A stretch of DNA of 64,000 nucleotides from Bacteroidales bacterium. Its GTDB lineage: Bacteria > Bacteroidota > Bacteroidia > Bacteroidales > WCHB1-69. Below the pieces are notes generated by a model. That model saw only the letters and a program-made list of their open reading frames with translations, did not search any database and was not told the origin of the DNA. Made by a program: the position numbers and the translations under genes. Within the stretch, counting starts at the first letter, position 1. Each line of letters starts with the position of its first letter. Shown here piece after piece: positions 39,474-50,047 of this stretch. The DNA lies in assembly GCA_045598025.1 (NCBI GenBank), contig JAZLLH010000068.1, positions 6,234 through 70,233 on the forward strand, in the 5' to 3' direction.

Positions 39474-41924
39474 ATGGAAATATCCTACAAATGGCTAAAG
39501 AGATACCTGGCAACCGATCTGAGTGCGGCAGAAATGTCCGCCTTACTGACGGATTGCGGACTGGAAGTGGAAACTCTTGAAACGTATGAAAGCATCCGGG
39601 GCGGTTTGAAAAACGTGGTAATCGGCAAAGTACTGAGCTGCGAAGCCCATCCCGATTCCGACCACCTGCACGTCACTACCGTGGATGTCGGAGAAAAGGT
39701 TCCGCTGAACATCGTATGCGGAGCTCCCAATGTCGCAAGCGGACAACATGTGGTCGTAGCCCGCATCGGAGCGGTGCTCTACCCTTCCGACGGAGAACCC
39801 GTCACCATTAAAAAATCCAAAATCCGAGGCGTCGGTTCAGAAGGCATGATTTGCGCAGAAGACGAATTGGGGATCGGAAGCGACCACGCCGGTATCATGG
39901 TTCTGCCGGAGACAGCCGTTCCCGGCACGCCGGCCAAAGATTATTTCAAAGTGGAAACAGACGATGTGTTCGGCATCGGACTGACACCGAACCGCAGTGA
40001 TGCCATCTGCCACATCGGAGTGGCCAGAGACATGAAAGCCTCCATTCATCGCCATTTGGGAAAGAAACTGAAATTGGAATATCCCGATATAAGTGCATTC
40101 CCGACCCAGGGACCGGCCAATCCCGTATCCATAGAAATCCGGGACGAAGAACGCTGTCCGCGATATTCCGGTCTGTACATCAAGGGTGTGCACGTGCAAG
40201 ATTCGCCGGAATGGATGCAGAGCCTGCTGCGCACTGTAGGTATACGGCCCATCAATAATATCGTGGATATCACCCAATTCGTCATGTTGGAATGCGGGCA
40301 GCCCATGCATGCCTTTGATGCAGGAAAAATCAAAGGACAGAAAGTAATTGTCCGCAGAGCATCCAAAGATGAACCTTTCCGGACATTGGACGGAATCGAC
40401 CGTAAACTGGATACGGAAGACCTCGTCATATGCCATGCCGATGCTCCCATGTGTATTGCCGGAGTCATGGGCGGAGAGCACTCCGGAATCAGCACAGACA
40501 CCACGGATGTTTTTCTGGAAAGTGCCTATTTCCAAGCAGCTGGCATCCGCAAAACAGCCAAACGGCACACGTTGAAAACGGACGCCTCCTTCCGCTATGA
40601 AAGAGGTTGCGATCCAAATATCACCATTTACGCCTTGAAACGCGCAGCCCTGCTGATACAGGAAATGGCTGGAGGCAGCATATCCGTCATCACGGACTGC
40701 TATCCGAAACCCATTGAAAAAAACACCGTTGAATTCCCGCTGTCTCGGCTGAACCAACTGGCCGGTCAGGAAATTGAAAAGGAAATGGTGCTGCAGATTC
40801 TGGAAGACCTGGAGATCGAAGTCCTTCGGGACGCAGACGGGGTGCTTAGCCTGGCCATCCCCACCAACAAAGTGGACGTAACCCGTATTGCGGATGTGGT
40901 GGAAGAAATCATGCGGATATACGGATACAATAACATTCACCTGCCCAGTCAGTTCTGCTACCGTCCGTCTGCCCTGGACGAACATCCTTTGCTGGAAGTC
41001 AAGGAATGCATTTCCAATTATCTGTCTGACAATGGTTTCTATGAAATTATGAACAATTCCCTGACCAAAAGTGACTACACACGCTGGGACTTCATTCCGA
41101 AAACGGAAACCGTGCAACTGATGAATCCGCTGAGCAAAGACCTGCAGAACATGCGGCAAACACTGCTGTTCGGAGGACTGGAAAGCATTGCCAACAACAT
41201 CAACCATTCCAATTTCGATTTACGCCTGTACGAATTCGGGACCATTTATAGCCAGCAAGCGGGAAAAGAAAAAGTGGAAGAGCGCTACCCACACCGTCAG
41301 CGGCTGGGAATCTGGGTCAGCGGAAAAACACAGGGCACTTCCTGGCAGAGCACACCGGACGAAGCCGATTTCTATTACTTGAAAAACATGGTTCTGAACG
41401 CCTTGCACAAAGCCAAATTTCAGACACAGCGAATGAAACTGCAAATGGTCGAACAGGAAAACGGCATGATCAACGTGCTGAAATACAGTTTCCGTCAACA
41501 GGATATTTTGAGCATAGGCGAAGTCGAACCCGAACTGCTGAAGCAATTCGGCATCAAACAGCGCGTTTTCTTCGCTGACATTGACTGCGACAAACTGGTC
41601 GGAAATATGGAACGCAAAAAGACATTGTTCAAGGAGCTGAACCGCTTCCCGGAAGTAGACAGAGATCTGGCCCTACTGGTTGACAAAGAAGTCACCTATG
41701 AGCAAATTGAAAAATTGGCCTTCAAAACCGAACCCAACGCCATAAAATCGGTCAATCTTTTCGACGTATACGAAGGTAAAAACCTGGAAGAAGGCAAGAA
41801 ATCCTACGCGGTCAGTTTCGTCATTACCAATACAGACCGCACTTTCACCAGCGATGAGGTTCAGGGAATCATGGACAGGCTGATTCATGCCTACGAAAAA
41901 GAACTGGGAGCTAAATTGAGATAA
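39474..41924 (+). CDS. pheT: Phenylalanine--tRNA ligase beta subunit
   Basis: 816 aa. N-terminus MEISYKWLKRYL, tRNA-binding OB domain, B3/4 and B5 domains, and a C-terminal FDX-ACB domain. Confidence 0.95.
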   Translation: MEISYKWLKRYLATDLSAAEMSALLTDCGLEVETLETYESIRGGLKNVVIGKVLSCEAHPDSDHLHVTTVDVGEKVPLNIVCGAPNVASGQHVVVARIGAVLYPSDGEPVTIKKSKIRGVGSEGMICAEDELGIGSDHAGIMVLPETAVPGTPAKDYFKVETDDVFGIGLTPNRSDAICHIGVARDMKASIHRHLGKKLKLEYPDISAFPTQGPANPVSIEIRDEERCPRYSGLYIKGVHVQDSPEWMQSLLRTVGIRPINNIVDITQFVMLECGQPMHAFDAGKIKGQKVIVRRASKDEPFRTLDGIDRKLDTEDLVICHADAPMCIAGVMGGEHSGISTDTTDVFLESAYFQAAGIRKTAKRHTLKTDASFRYERGCDPNITIYALKRAALLIQEMAGGSISVITDCYPKPIEKNTVEFPLSRLNQLAGQEIEKEMVLQILEDLEIEVLRDADGVLSLAIPTNKVDVTRIADVVEEIMRIYGYNNIHLPSQFCYRPSALDEHPLLEVKECISNYLSDNGFYEIMNNSLTKSDYTRWDFIPKTETVQLMNPLSKDLQNMRQTLLFGGLESIANNINHSNFDLRLYEFGTIYSQQAGKEKVEERYPHRQRLGIWVSGKTQGTSWQSTPDEADFYYLKNMVLNALHKAKFQTQRMKLQMVEQENGMINVLKYSFRQQDILSIGEVEPELLKQFGIKQRVFFADIDCDKLVGNMERKKTLFKELNRFPEVDRDLALLVDKEVTYEQIEKLAFKTEPNAIKSVNLFDVYEGKNLEEGKKSYAVSFVITNTDRTFTSDEVQGIMDRLIHAYEKELGAKLR

Positions 41925-41957
41925 CGGATACGAAATAAACCATAAAATTCAAACAGT

Positions 41958-42917
41958 ATGCAAAATATAGAATATAAAGAAAAAAAAGACTGCCGCTCCG
42001 GTTTTGGAGAAGGTCTGTTGGAAGCCGGCAAACGAAACGAAAACGTAGTCGCGCTCTGCGCTGACTTGACCGGATCAGTTAAAATGAACGCATTTGCCGA
42101 GGCTTTTCCGGAAAGATTTTTCCAAGTAGGTATTGCGGAAGCCAATATGATAGGTATGGCTGCAGGCATGGCACTCAGCGGAAAAATTCCTTTCGTGGGT
42201 TCCTTTGCCAATTTCTGCACTACCCGCGTGCTGGATCAGATTCGGATGGTGGTAGCCTACTCCGGAAACAATGTCAAGATTTGCGGTTCTCATGCCGGCA
42301 TTACTACCGGTGAGGACGGAGCCACCCACCAAGTAATGGAAGACATCGGATTTGTCAAGGGACTGCCGAATATGACGGTAATCAATCCCTGCGACTTCAA
42401 TCAGACCAAGGCCGCCACACTGGCCATAGCCGAATACAACGGTCCCGTCTATCTCCGTTACGGACGGCCGAAAGTTCCGAATTTCACAGCGGCCGAACAG
42501 CCCTTTGTCATCGGCAAGGCCCTGCGTATGAGAGAAGGATCGGATGTAAGCCTGTTCGCCACCGGACATATGGTATATCCTGCATTGGAAGCAGCCAATA
42601 TACTGGAAGCAAAAGGCATTTCGGCGGAAGTCATCAACATACACACCATCAAACCTTTAGATACCGAATCCATACTGTCTTCCGTCCGTAAAACCGGCTG
42701 TGCCGTCAGCTGCGAGGAACATTCCTACATCAATGGACTGGGCGACAGCATCGCAAGAACGCTGGTGCGCAACCACCTGTGTCCCTTGGAATATGTCGCC
42801 ATGGAAGACGAATTCGGACAAAGCGGAACTCCCGACGAACTGATGAAATTCTACCGTTTGGACAAGGAACACATCGTTGAAGCAGCCATGAAGGCCGTCG
42901 GACGCAAAAACGGCTGA
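41958..42917 (+). CDS. Transketolase family protein, C-terminal (Pyr plus C-terminal domain) subunit only
   Basis: 319 aa with motifs FGEGL, GIAEANMIG and CGSHAGITTGEDGATHQ. No N-terminal TPP-binding subunit gene is adjacent. Confidence 0.85.
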   Translation: MQNIEYKEKKDCRSGFGEGLLEAGKRNENVVALCADLTGSVKMNAFAEAFPERFFQVGIAEANMIGMAAGMALSGKIPFVGSFANFCTTRVLDQIRMVVAYSGNNVKICGSHAGITTGEDGATHQVMEDIGFVKGLPNMTVINPCDFNQTKAATLAIAEYNGPVYLRYGRPKVPNFTAAEQPFVIGKALRMREGSDVSLFATGHMVYPALEAANILEAKGISAEVINIHTIKPLDTESILSSVRKTGCAVSCEEHSYINGLGDSIARTLVRNHLCPLEYVAMEDEFGQSGTPDELMKFYRLDKEHIVEAAMKAVGRKNG

Positions 42918-42967
42918 TCAGCTCGAAATGCAGACAGAAGATAGAGAATAGAGAAAAGAAAAAACAT

Positions 42968-44803
42968 ATGCAAAACATTAGAAATGTGGCTATCATAGCC
43001 CATGTCGACCACGGGAAAACCACTTTGGTCGACCGTATATTGTATCAGTCCAAACTGTTCAGGGACAATCAGAACGTACAGGACCTGGTGCTGGATAACA
43101 ACGATTTGGAAAGAGAAAGAGGCATCACCATTCTTTCCAAAAATGTATCCGTTCACTACAAAGGATACAAAATCAACATTATAGATACTCCGGGACACAG
43201 TGATTTCGGAGGAGAAGTGGAAAGAGTGCTGAACATGGCAGATGGTGTACTGCTGATTGTGGACGCTTTCGAAGGCCCGATGCCTCAGACCCGTTTCGTG
43301 TTGCAGAAAGCCATCGAACTCAATTTGAAACCCATCGTGGTCATCAACAAAGTCGATAAACCCAACTGCAATCCGGAATTGACCATGGAAGCGGTATTCG
43401 ACCTCATGTTCGCATTGGGTGCCAGCGAAGAACAACTGGACTTTCCCGTCGTCTACGGTTCTTCCAAACAAGGATGGATGAGCGATGACTGGCAGAAGCC
43501 CACAGACAATGTATACTATCTTTTAGACCAGATTATCGAGCACATACCGGAATATCACGCACAGGAAGGCAATACGCAAATGATTATATCCTCTTTGGAC
43601 TATTCTTCCTATGTAGGACGTATCGCTGTCGGCAAACTCACCCGCGGCACACTGATGGCCGGGCAGAACATTTCTCTGGTGAAACACGACGGCAGCATTG
43701 TCAAGTCAAAAATCAAGGAACTCTATATTTTTGAAGGTTTAGGAAAGGAGAAAATCAAGACAGAAATACATGCCGGAGAAATCTGTGCCATTTTCGGCAT
43801 TGACGGATTCGAAATCGGAGACACCGTGGCCGATTTTGAAAATCCGGAAGGTCTCCCTCCCATCAAAGTAGACGAACCGACCATGAGCATGCTGTTCACC
43901 ATCAACAACTCGCCTTTCTACGGGAAAGAAGGAAAGTTCGTTACCTCCCGCCACATCCACGAACGTCTGCAGAAAGAATTGGAAAAGAACCTGGCACTTC
44001 GGGTAGAACCGACTGATTCCCCGGACTCCCACATCGTATATGGACGCGGCATATTGCATCTTTCCATCCTCATCGAGACCATGAGAAGAGAAGGATACGA
44101 ATTACAGGTCGGACAACCGAAAGTCATCATCAAGGAAATTGACCACAAGAAATGCGAACCGATAGAAGAACTCATCGTTCTGGTTCCGGAAGATTTTGCC
44201 AGCAGAACCATTGACCTGGTAACCAAACGCAAAGGTGAAATCCTTTCCGTGGAGACCAAGGGAGACCGGATTTATCAATGCTTCCGGATTCCTTCCCGAG
44301 GACTGATCGGACTGAGAAGCCAGATGTTGACAGCGACCGAAGGAGAAGCCATCATGTCACACCGCCTGGTGGACTTTGAACCTTGGAAGGGCGATATTCC
44401 GCTGCGGCACAACGGTTCGCTGGTTGCCATGGAAACCGGTACGGCAGTCGCCTACGCCATGGACAAACTGCAAGATAGAGGAAGTTATTTCGTCGAACCC
44501 ATGGACGAGGTATACGAAGGAGAAGTTATCGGACAGCACATCCGCCAGGACGACCTGGTAATTAATATTACCAAAGCAAAGAAACTGAGCAATATGCGTG
44601 CAGCCGGATCGGATGAAAAAGTGTTGCTTCCGCCCGCCGTCAAATTTTCTCTGGAAGAATACATGGAATACATAGGCGAGGATGAATACCTGGAAATTAC
44701 GCCGAAATCTTTAAGACTCCGGAAAATTCTACTCAGCGATCTGGATAGGAAACGTCAGGCCAAACGCATTGAATCCCAAGCTCAAGCCGCACAAGGGAAA
44801 TAG
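42968..44803 (+). CDS. typA: Translational GTPase TypA/BipA
   Basis: 611 aa with G-motifs [14 protein letters not shown] and NKVD, and EF-G-like domains. Confidence 0.95.
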   Translation: MQNIRNVAIIAHVDHGKTTLVDRILYQSKLFRDNQNVQDLVLDNNDLERERGITILSKNVSVHYKGYKINIIDTPGHSDFGGEVERVLNMADGVLLIVDAFEGPMPQTRFVLQKAIELNLKPIVVINKVDKPNCNPELTMEAVFDLMFALGASEEQLDFPVVYGSSKQGWMSDDWQKPTDNVYYLLDQIIEHIPEYHAQEGNTQMIISSLDYSSYVGRIAVGKLTRGTLMAGQNISLVKHDGSIVKSKIKELYIFEGLGKEKIKTEIHAGEICAIFGIDGFEIGDTVADFENPEGLPPIKVDEPTMSMLFTINNSPFYGKEGKFVTSRHIHERLQKELEKNLALRVEPTDSPDSHIVYGRGILHLSILIETMRREGYELQVGQPKVIIKEIDHKKCEPIEELIVLVPEDFASRTIDLVTKRKGEILSVETKGDRIYQCFRIPSRGLIGLRSQMLTATEGEAIMSHRLVDFEPWKGDIPLRHNGSLVAMETGTAVAYAMDKLQDRGSYFVEPMDEVYEGEVIGQHIRQDDLVINITKAKKLSNMRAAGSDEKVLLPPAVKFSLEEYMEYIGEDEYLEITPKSLRLRKILLSDLDRKRQAKRIESQAQAAQGK

Positions 44804-44854
44804 TTCCCGACGGCTCAGGCACCTGATTCCGATTACAGTTTGGCTTTACGCAAT

Positions 44855-44885
44855 AAAAAAACGGCAGCGAAATCGCTGCCGTTTT
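44855..44885. terminator. Bidirectional Rho-independent terminator between convergent typA and pnp
   Basis: Stem CGGCAGCG (44862-44869) / CGCTGCCG (44874-44881) with a 4-nt loop, an A-run on the left and TTTT on the right. Confidence 0.8.
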
Positions 44886-44902
44886 GCTTATAGGGTCCGG
44901 AA

Positions 44903-47194
44903 CTATTCTTCCGTCGGAGCCGAAGTTTCCGGTGCGGAAGCACTGCCCTCGTGATCTTCGTGTCTGTGACGGTGATCCCTGTCCCCATGACGGTTTCCGT
45001 GATCTCCGTGACGATGATCCCGGTCACCGCGTTCAGCGCGAGGTCCACGCTCCCGAGGAGCTTCTTCCTTGTAACCTTCGGGCTTGGGCAGCAAGGCACG
45101 ACGCGACAGTTTCAGTTTACCGGTCTTTTCCTCCGTGCCTATCAGTTTTACCTGCATGATATCTCCTACCTTGATATAGTTTTCAAGATTGTCCACGCGC
45201 TTCCAATCGTATTCGGAAATATGCATCAGACCATCTTTTCCGGGCAAAATTTCGATAAAGGCACCGAATGCCAGAATGCTCTTGACCGGACCTTCGTAAA
45301 TTTCACCCACCTCGGGAACGGCCACGATGGCTTTGATACGTTTCAAGGCCGCTTCAATGGAGGCTTTATCCGGAGAAGCTATATCAATGATACCGAAATC
45401 ACCGACTTCCTCGATGTTGATTACCGTGTTGGTTTCACGCTGCATTTCCTGAATCACTTTTCCTCCAGGTCCTATCACTGCACCGATAAATTCGCGAGGA
45501 ATCTGCATCTGCTCGATACGAGGCACCTGAGGTTTGTAATCTTCGCGCGGTTCGGGAAGTGTTTCCAACATTTTGTCCAATATGAACAAACGACCGCGTT
45601 TGGCCTGTTCCAAAGCTTCGGCCAGCACATCGTAAGACAGACCTTCCACCTTGATATCCATCTGACAGGCAGTAATACCGTCGCGGGTACCGGTCACCTT
45701 GAAATCCATATCACCCAGATGGTCTTCGTCACCTAAAATATCGGAAAGAATGGCATACTTTCCCGTAGCCGCATCACTGATCATACCCATGGCAATACCG
45801 GATACCGGCTTTTTCAACTTCACACCGGCATCCATCAATGCCAGCGTACCGGCACAGACTGTTGCCATGGAAGAAGAGCCATTGGATTCCAAAATATCGG
45901 AAACCACGCGTATGGTATAAGGACATTCTTCCTTGGGAGGAAGCATGGGTTTGATGGCACGCATGGCCAGATTACCATGACCGATTTCACGACGTCCGGT
46001 GCTGCGGATGGGCTTCACCTCACCTGTGGCAAAAGGCGGGAAATTGTAATGCAGCAGGAAATCGCAGGTACCATCGATGATGGCGCCGTCAATAATCTGC
46101 TCATCTAATTTTGTACCGAGCGTACAGGTACTCAGAGACTGTGTTTCACCTCTCGTAAAGATAGCGGAGCCATGAGCTGACGGCAGCGGACTGACCTCGC
46201 ACCAGATGGGACGGATTTCATCCAGCTGACGACCGTCCAAACGATGCCTTTCGGTCAGCACCATGTTGCGCACGGCTTCCCAAAGCACATCTTCAAAATA
46301 ACGGTTGACCATCGGCGTTTTTTCAGCCAATTCCTCTTCCGGAAGCGTGGCCAGAAAATCAGCCTTCACCTGTTCGAAAGCATCGTTGCGCTCCTGCTTT
46401 CCGGTCGGACTCTTGGCGATATCGTATAATTTCTGATACAGTTCTTCTTTCACACGGGCACGCAAATCTTCATCATTATTCTCATGGCAGTACTCGCGTT
46501 TGGGATTGGCTTTTTCCACTTCGGCAGCCAGTTCTATCTGAGCCTGGCATTGCTTCCGTATGGCTGCGTGAGCCACCTTCAGTGCCTCAATGAGGTCAGA
46601 TTCCTGCACCTCATTCATTTCACCTTCCACCATCATGATGTTGTCCATTGAAGCGGCCACAATCAAATCCAGATCTGCTTCCTTCAGGGCTTCTGCTGTC
46701 GGATTAATCTTGAATTCGCCATTGATGCGGGCCACGCGGACTTCCGAAATAGGTCCGTGGAAAGGAATATCGGACACGCTCAAAGCAGCAGATGCTGCCA
46801 GACCGGCCAATGCATCGGGATATTCGTTGCGGTCACCCGAAATCAGAGTCACCAGCACCTGAGTATCTGCGTGATAATTTTCAGGAAACAGGGGCCGCAG
46901 GGCACGGTCCACCAGACGGGCAATCAGAATTTCATAATTGGAAGGACGGGCTTCCCTCTTGAAAAAGCCACCGGGAAAACGGCCAACGGCGGCATATTTT
47001 TCCTGATATTCTACCTGCAAAGGCATGAAATCCACGTCTTCTCCGGCTTCTTTCTTCGTACAGACCGTGGCCAGCAGCATGGTATTCCCCATGGTTACGA
47101 CCGCCGCGCCATCAGCCTGTTTGGCCAATTTACCGGTCTCAATGGTGATGATACGTCCATCACCCATGTCAATCTTTTTTGTGACAATATTCAT
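44903..47194 (-). CDS. pnp: Polyribonucleotide nucleotidyltransferase (PNPase) with unusual His/Arg/Asp-rich C-terminal tail
   Basis: Start at ATG 47194 ([13 protein letters not shown]…). Two RNase PH domains plus KH and S1 domains. About 55 extra C-terminal residues. Confidence 0.93.
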   Translation of the reverse strand: MNIVTKKIDMGDGRIITIETGKLAKQADGAAVVTMGNTMLLATVCTKKEAGEDVDFMPLQVEYQEKYAAVGRFPGGFFKREARPSNYEILIARLVDRALRPLFPENYHADTQVLVTLISGDRNEYPDALAGLAASAALSVSDIPFHGPISEVRVARINGEFKINPTAEALKEADLDLIVAASMDNIMMVEGEMNEVQESDLIEALKVAHAAIRKQCQAQIELAAEVEKANPKREYCHENNDEDLRARVKEELYQKLYDIAKSPTGKQERNDAFEQVKADFLATLPEEELAEKTPMVNRYFEDVLWEAVRNMVLTERHRLDGRQLDEIRPIWCEVSPLPSAHGSAIFTRGETQSLSTCTLGTKLDEQIIDGAIIDGTCDFLLHYNFPPFATGEVKPIRSTGRREIGHGNLAMRAIKPMLPPKEECPYTIRVVSDILESNGSSSMATVCAGTLALMDAGVKLKKPVSGIAMGMISDAATGKYAILSDILGDEDHLGDMDFKVTGTRDGITACQMDIKVEGLSYDVLAEALEQAKRGRLFILDKMLETLPEPREDYKPQVPRIEQMQIPREFIGAVIGPGGKVIQEMQRETNTVINIEEVGDFGIIDIASPDKASIEAALKRIKAIVAVPEVGEIYEGPVKSILAFGAFIEILPGKDGLMHISEYDWKRVDNLENYIKVGDIMQVKLIGTEEKTGKLKLSRRALLPKPEGYKEEAPRERGPRAERGDRDHRHGDHGNRHGDRDHRHRHEDHEGSASAPETSAPTEE

Positions 47195-47242
47195 TTTACT
47201 ATCTTTTAAATTACTATGTTCTCTTTCTTCGCCAGCAAATAC

Positions 47243-47275
47243 AAAAAAAGGCAACTTCAGGAATTGCCTTTTTTT
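47243..47275 (-). terminator. rpsO terminator / pnp leader hairpin
   Basis: 12-bp stem AAAAAAAGGCAA (47243-47254) / TTGCCTTTTTTT (47264-47275) with a 9-nt loop, between the rpsO stop and the pnp start. Confidence 0.7.
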
Positions 47276-47292
47276 TCTGTATTGTTTCTGAA

Positions 47293-47562
47293 TTATTTTC
47301 TCAGATTCAATTTCTTGATCAACGCCCTGTATCTTTCGATATCGGTCTCTTTCAGATAATCCAGCAGTCTTCTTCTTTTTCCGACCAACTGGACCAGGGA
47401 ACGTTCAGTCACCAAATCCTTCTTGTTCTGCTTTGCGTGTTCGGTCAAGTGTTTGATCCTATAGGTGAACAGAGCGACTTGGGCGTCAATGTTACCGGTA
47501 TCGGATTCGGACTTTCCGTACTCTTTGAAAATTTCTTTCTTTATCTCCGATGTTAAATACAT
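47293..47562 (-). CDS. rpsO: 30S ribosomal protein S15
   Basis: 89 aa with the motif …[27 protein letters not shown]…. Confidence 0.95.
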   Translation of the reverse strand: MYLTSEIKKEIFKEYGKSESDTGNIDAQVALFTYRIKHLTEHAKQNKKDLVTERSLVQLVGKRRRLLDYLKETDIERYRALIKKLNLRK

Positions 47563-47605
47563 ACCTTGTTTTTTAAATGTTATTTACCTTCTAATTATAC
47601 GGGTG

Positions 47606-47613
47606 CAAAAGTA
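47606..47613 (-). promoter_or_regulatory. -7 box TACTTTTG (minus strand) upstream of rpsO
   Basis: Plus-strand CAAAAGTA at 47606-47613, 44 nt upstream of the rpsO ATG. Confidence 0.5.
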
Positions 47614-47787
47614 CTATTTTTTACAATCCGTTCCGCAAAAATGCGGAAAGATTATTTTCAAACGAATAATATGTTTAAAATAATCATTCACAGCATATTG
47701 TACGCCGTAAAAAACAGAAATCCCCAAAATTCGCATCCGAGGATACTGTTTTTCGGGGATTTTTTGGCATCATTCGGCAGAAAAAGA

Positions 47788-49104
47788 CTACTCTATCGGA
47801 TGATTTTCTGCAAAAGCCTTCAAGCGGACTTCCAAATCGGGGAACTGCTCTTTCTTGGCCAGAGAAACACAGGCACGAAGTCCCTGACGCTCGCTGCCGC
47901 AGGTGGCCAGAGAAATGGCACTGACACCGTAGTACAGCAGTTCTTCCAGTAACTCCTCGCTGGTGAAACCGGGATAACCGATAGTGAAATAAAAGCCATC
48001 TGAAAGCGGACGGTCCACATCCTTGTCATAAACGATATTGAATCCGTTTTCAGTAAAAATACGTTTCATCTCGTGGGCTTTGTCGCGATATTCTATCATT
48101 CCCTGAACCAGATTATAATCTCCATCATTGCAGGCCTTCAGAATGGCAGCCATGGCGTGCTGGGCGGAATGGGAAGTACCGGAAGTCAACGCATAAATGG
48201 TACTGTAGACCATAGCGTGTCCCAAATTTTCCGATCCGAAGAAAGCTTTCAGATCGGGGAAGTTCCCGTTATACAGTTTTTCGGACATGACCATCACGGC
48301 CAGACGTTCGCCGGCGTAACTGAAGGCCTTGGAACTGGAAATCATCAGAATATAGTTGTCCATGTATTTGGCGATGGTCGGCTGGTAAGGAGGTTCTCCC
48401 GGCACGGAAATATCCTGACGGAAATCCATACCAAAATAGGCTAAATCTTCAACGACAACGACATCGTACTTGCTGGCCACTTCGGCAATAATCTGAAGTT
48501 CCTGATCCGTAAAACAGACCCAGGAAGGATTGTTGGGATTGGAATATACGATGGAATGGATATGTCCCTTGGAAAGATAGCTTTCCAGCTTGGCACGCAA
48601 CTTTTCTCCACGGAACTCATAGACATCAAAAGTCTCGTATTTTGCTCCAATGATTCTATGCTGCGTTTTCTGCACGGGGAATCCGGGATCAATGAACAAA
48701 GTGGTATCCTTTTCCTTGTGCAGATAACGTATGGTCATGAAAATGGCCATACCCGCCTGCATGGAACCGACCGTAGGAATGCAGCAGGACGGTTTGACAT
48801 CAATGTCCAGGAAATTTTTGCAGAACCGGGCCATTTCGTGTTTCAATTCGGGAATACCTTCAATACTGGGATACAGGGAGGCTACTCCGTTATCCAAGGC
48901 GGCCTTCTGCGCATCGATTCCGATTTGGACGGCGGGCAAACCGGGAATTCCCATTTCCATGCGGACGAACTTGGTCCCGCTGGCTGTCTCTATTTCGTTG
49001 ATCAAACGCTGGACTTCACGAATCGTTGCTCTTCCGACGCAGGGAAGGTTGCTGGATTTGATTTTTTCTTTGACGATATTGGCATCAATCGGTGTCTGTT
49101 TCAT
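47788..49104 (-). CDS. PLP-dependent aminotransferase (class I/II)
   Basis: 438 aa. SSSKAFSYAGERL block carrying the PLP lysine, and an N-terminal …FVRMEMGIPG… motif. Confidence 0.8.
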   Translation of the reverse strand: MKQTPIDANIVKEKIKSSNLPCVGRATIREVQRLINEIETASGTKFVRMEMGIPGLPAVQIGIDAQKAALDNGVASLYPSIEGIPELKHEMARFCKNFLDIDVKPSCCIPTVGSMQAGMAIFMTIRYLHKEKDTTLFIDPGFPVQKTQHRIIGAKYETFDVYEFRGEKLRAKLESYLSKGHIHSIVYSNPNNPSWVCFTDQELQIIAEVASKYDVVVVEDLAYFGMDFRQDISVPGEPPYQPTIAKYMDNYILMISSSKAFSYAGERLAVMVMSEKLYNGNFPDLKAFFGSENLGHAMVYSTIYALTSGTSHSAQHAMAAILKACNDGDYNLVQGMIEYRDKAHEMKRIFTENGFNIVYDKDVDRPLSDGFYFTIGYPGFTSEELLEELLYYGVSAISLATCGSERQGLRACVSLAKKEQFPDLEVRLKAFAENHPIE

Positions 49105-49188
49105 TACTCTACATTTTGTAATTCAGGTTGTTTTTCATTGATTTTCACTGCAGACAAACCTGATTGGACTGCAATGGAAAACACTTTG

Positions 49189-49196
49189 CAAAGATA
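49189..49196 (-). promoter_or_regulatory. -7 box TATCTTTG (minus strand) upstream of the aminotransferase gene
   Basis: Plus-strand CAAAGATA at 49189-49196, 85 nt upstream of the ATG at 49104. Confidence 0.35.
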
Positions 49197-49325
49197 GTAC
49201 TTTTTTCAATACAAAAACCCTTTCTCCGTAAAAATGACGACAAACAGAGAAAGGATGACGGAATCCGACACGGATTTTTTTCAAATAAATTTTCTTCAGC
49301 TTGGTACAGCTATTGTTTTTTGTTT

Positions 49326-49333
49326 TATTTTTG
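49326..49333 (+). promoter_or_regulatory. -7 box TAttTTTG upstream of the WG-repeat gene
   Basis: Exact TAnnTTTG match, 29 nt upstream of ATG 49363. Confidence 0.45.
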
Positions 49334-49362
49334 CAAATTAAACTTTAACCGAAAGGAAAAAT

Positions 49363-50046
49363 ATGAAGAAGTTCTGTCTGCTCTGTCTGCTGTTCGGCAC
49401 GTTCATCTATTGCAACGCTCAAGACATTCCCGTCCCCAAAAAGGAACAAATCAAAAAAGCTCCTGCCGGCACCATCTTCAAAGTATACCCTGCTGAAGAC
49501 GAAACCACGGGCATTGCTCAGTCCATTGACATCAGCAAGCTGTTTGCCGTTAAGACGAACGGATATTGGGGAATGGCAGATCCTAATGGAGACCTCATCA
49601 TCCGTCCCACCTATGATGACATGAAAGAAGTCGCCGGAAACCGTGTTGCCGTAAAAAAAGGAAACAAGTGGGGATTTCTGAACCGTGGGGGATTTCTGGA
49701 TATCCCCTGCATCTACGACAAGGTGGAATCCTTCGAACACGGACTGGCTCTCGTTCGACAGAACGGATTGTGGGGAATGATTGATTCGACAGGACGGACC
49801 GTCATCCGCTGCGAATACCAAGACATCAAAGAACCCAAGGAAGGCATGGTTGCCGTTCAGGCGAACGGACAATGGGGATTCATGAATACCCGAGGACATT
49901 TGGAAATTCTCTTCATATACGAGGACGTCACATCCTTCCACCACGGCAAGGCCGGATTCAAAATCAACGGTTTGTGGGGTTTGATGGACAAGAACGGAGA
50001 AATTGTCTTTGACGCCCAGTTCGACGACATAGAAATAGACGACTGA
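49363..50046 (+). CDS. WG (KWG) repeat-containing secreted protein
   Basis: Signal peptide, then about six repeats of the form xWG(F/M)(x)D..G..(V/I)I…Y(D/E). Confidence 0.85.
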   Translation: MKKFCLLCLLFGTFIYCNAQDIPVPKKEQIKKAPAGTIFKVYPAEDETTGIAQSIDISKLFAVKTNGYWGMADPNGDLIIRPTYDDMKEVAGNRVAVKKGNKWGFLNRGGFLDIPCIYDKVESFEHGLALVRQNGLWGMIDSTGRTVIRCEYQDIKEPKEGMVAVQANGQWGFMNTRGHLEILFIYEDVTSFHHGKAGFKINGLWGLMDKNGEIVFDAQFDDIEIDD

Positions 50047-50047
50047 T

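Noticed and set aside
39274-39498. 74-aa ORF in the queA-pheT intergenic region.
   Set aside because: It has a TTG start and AT-rich low-complexity sequence. It runs through the pheT promoter box and into the pheT start.
39837-41207. 456-aa minus-strand ORF. Similar long antisense ORFs occur at 25088-26095, 34664-35728, 58182-59453 and 8233-9030.
   Set aside because: All lie antisense inside strongly supported genes (pheT, uxaC, the TPR gene, the S8 gene, the S46 gene). I treat them as shadow ORFs.
49185-49194. 10-bp palindrome CTTTGCAAAG in the divergent aminotransferase / WG-repeat intergenic region.
   Set aside because: It is largely explained as a -7 box (TATCTTTG, minus strand) abutting a TTTG on the other strand. 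It occurs only once.
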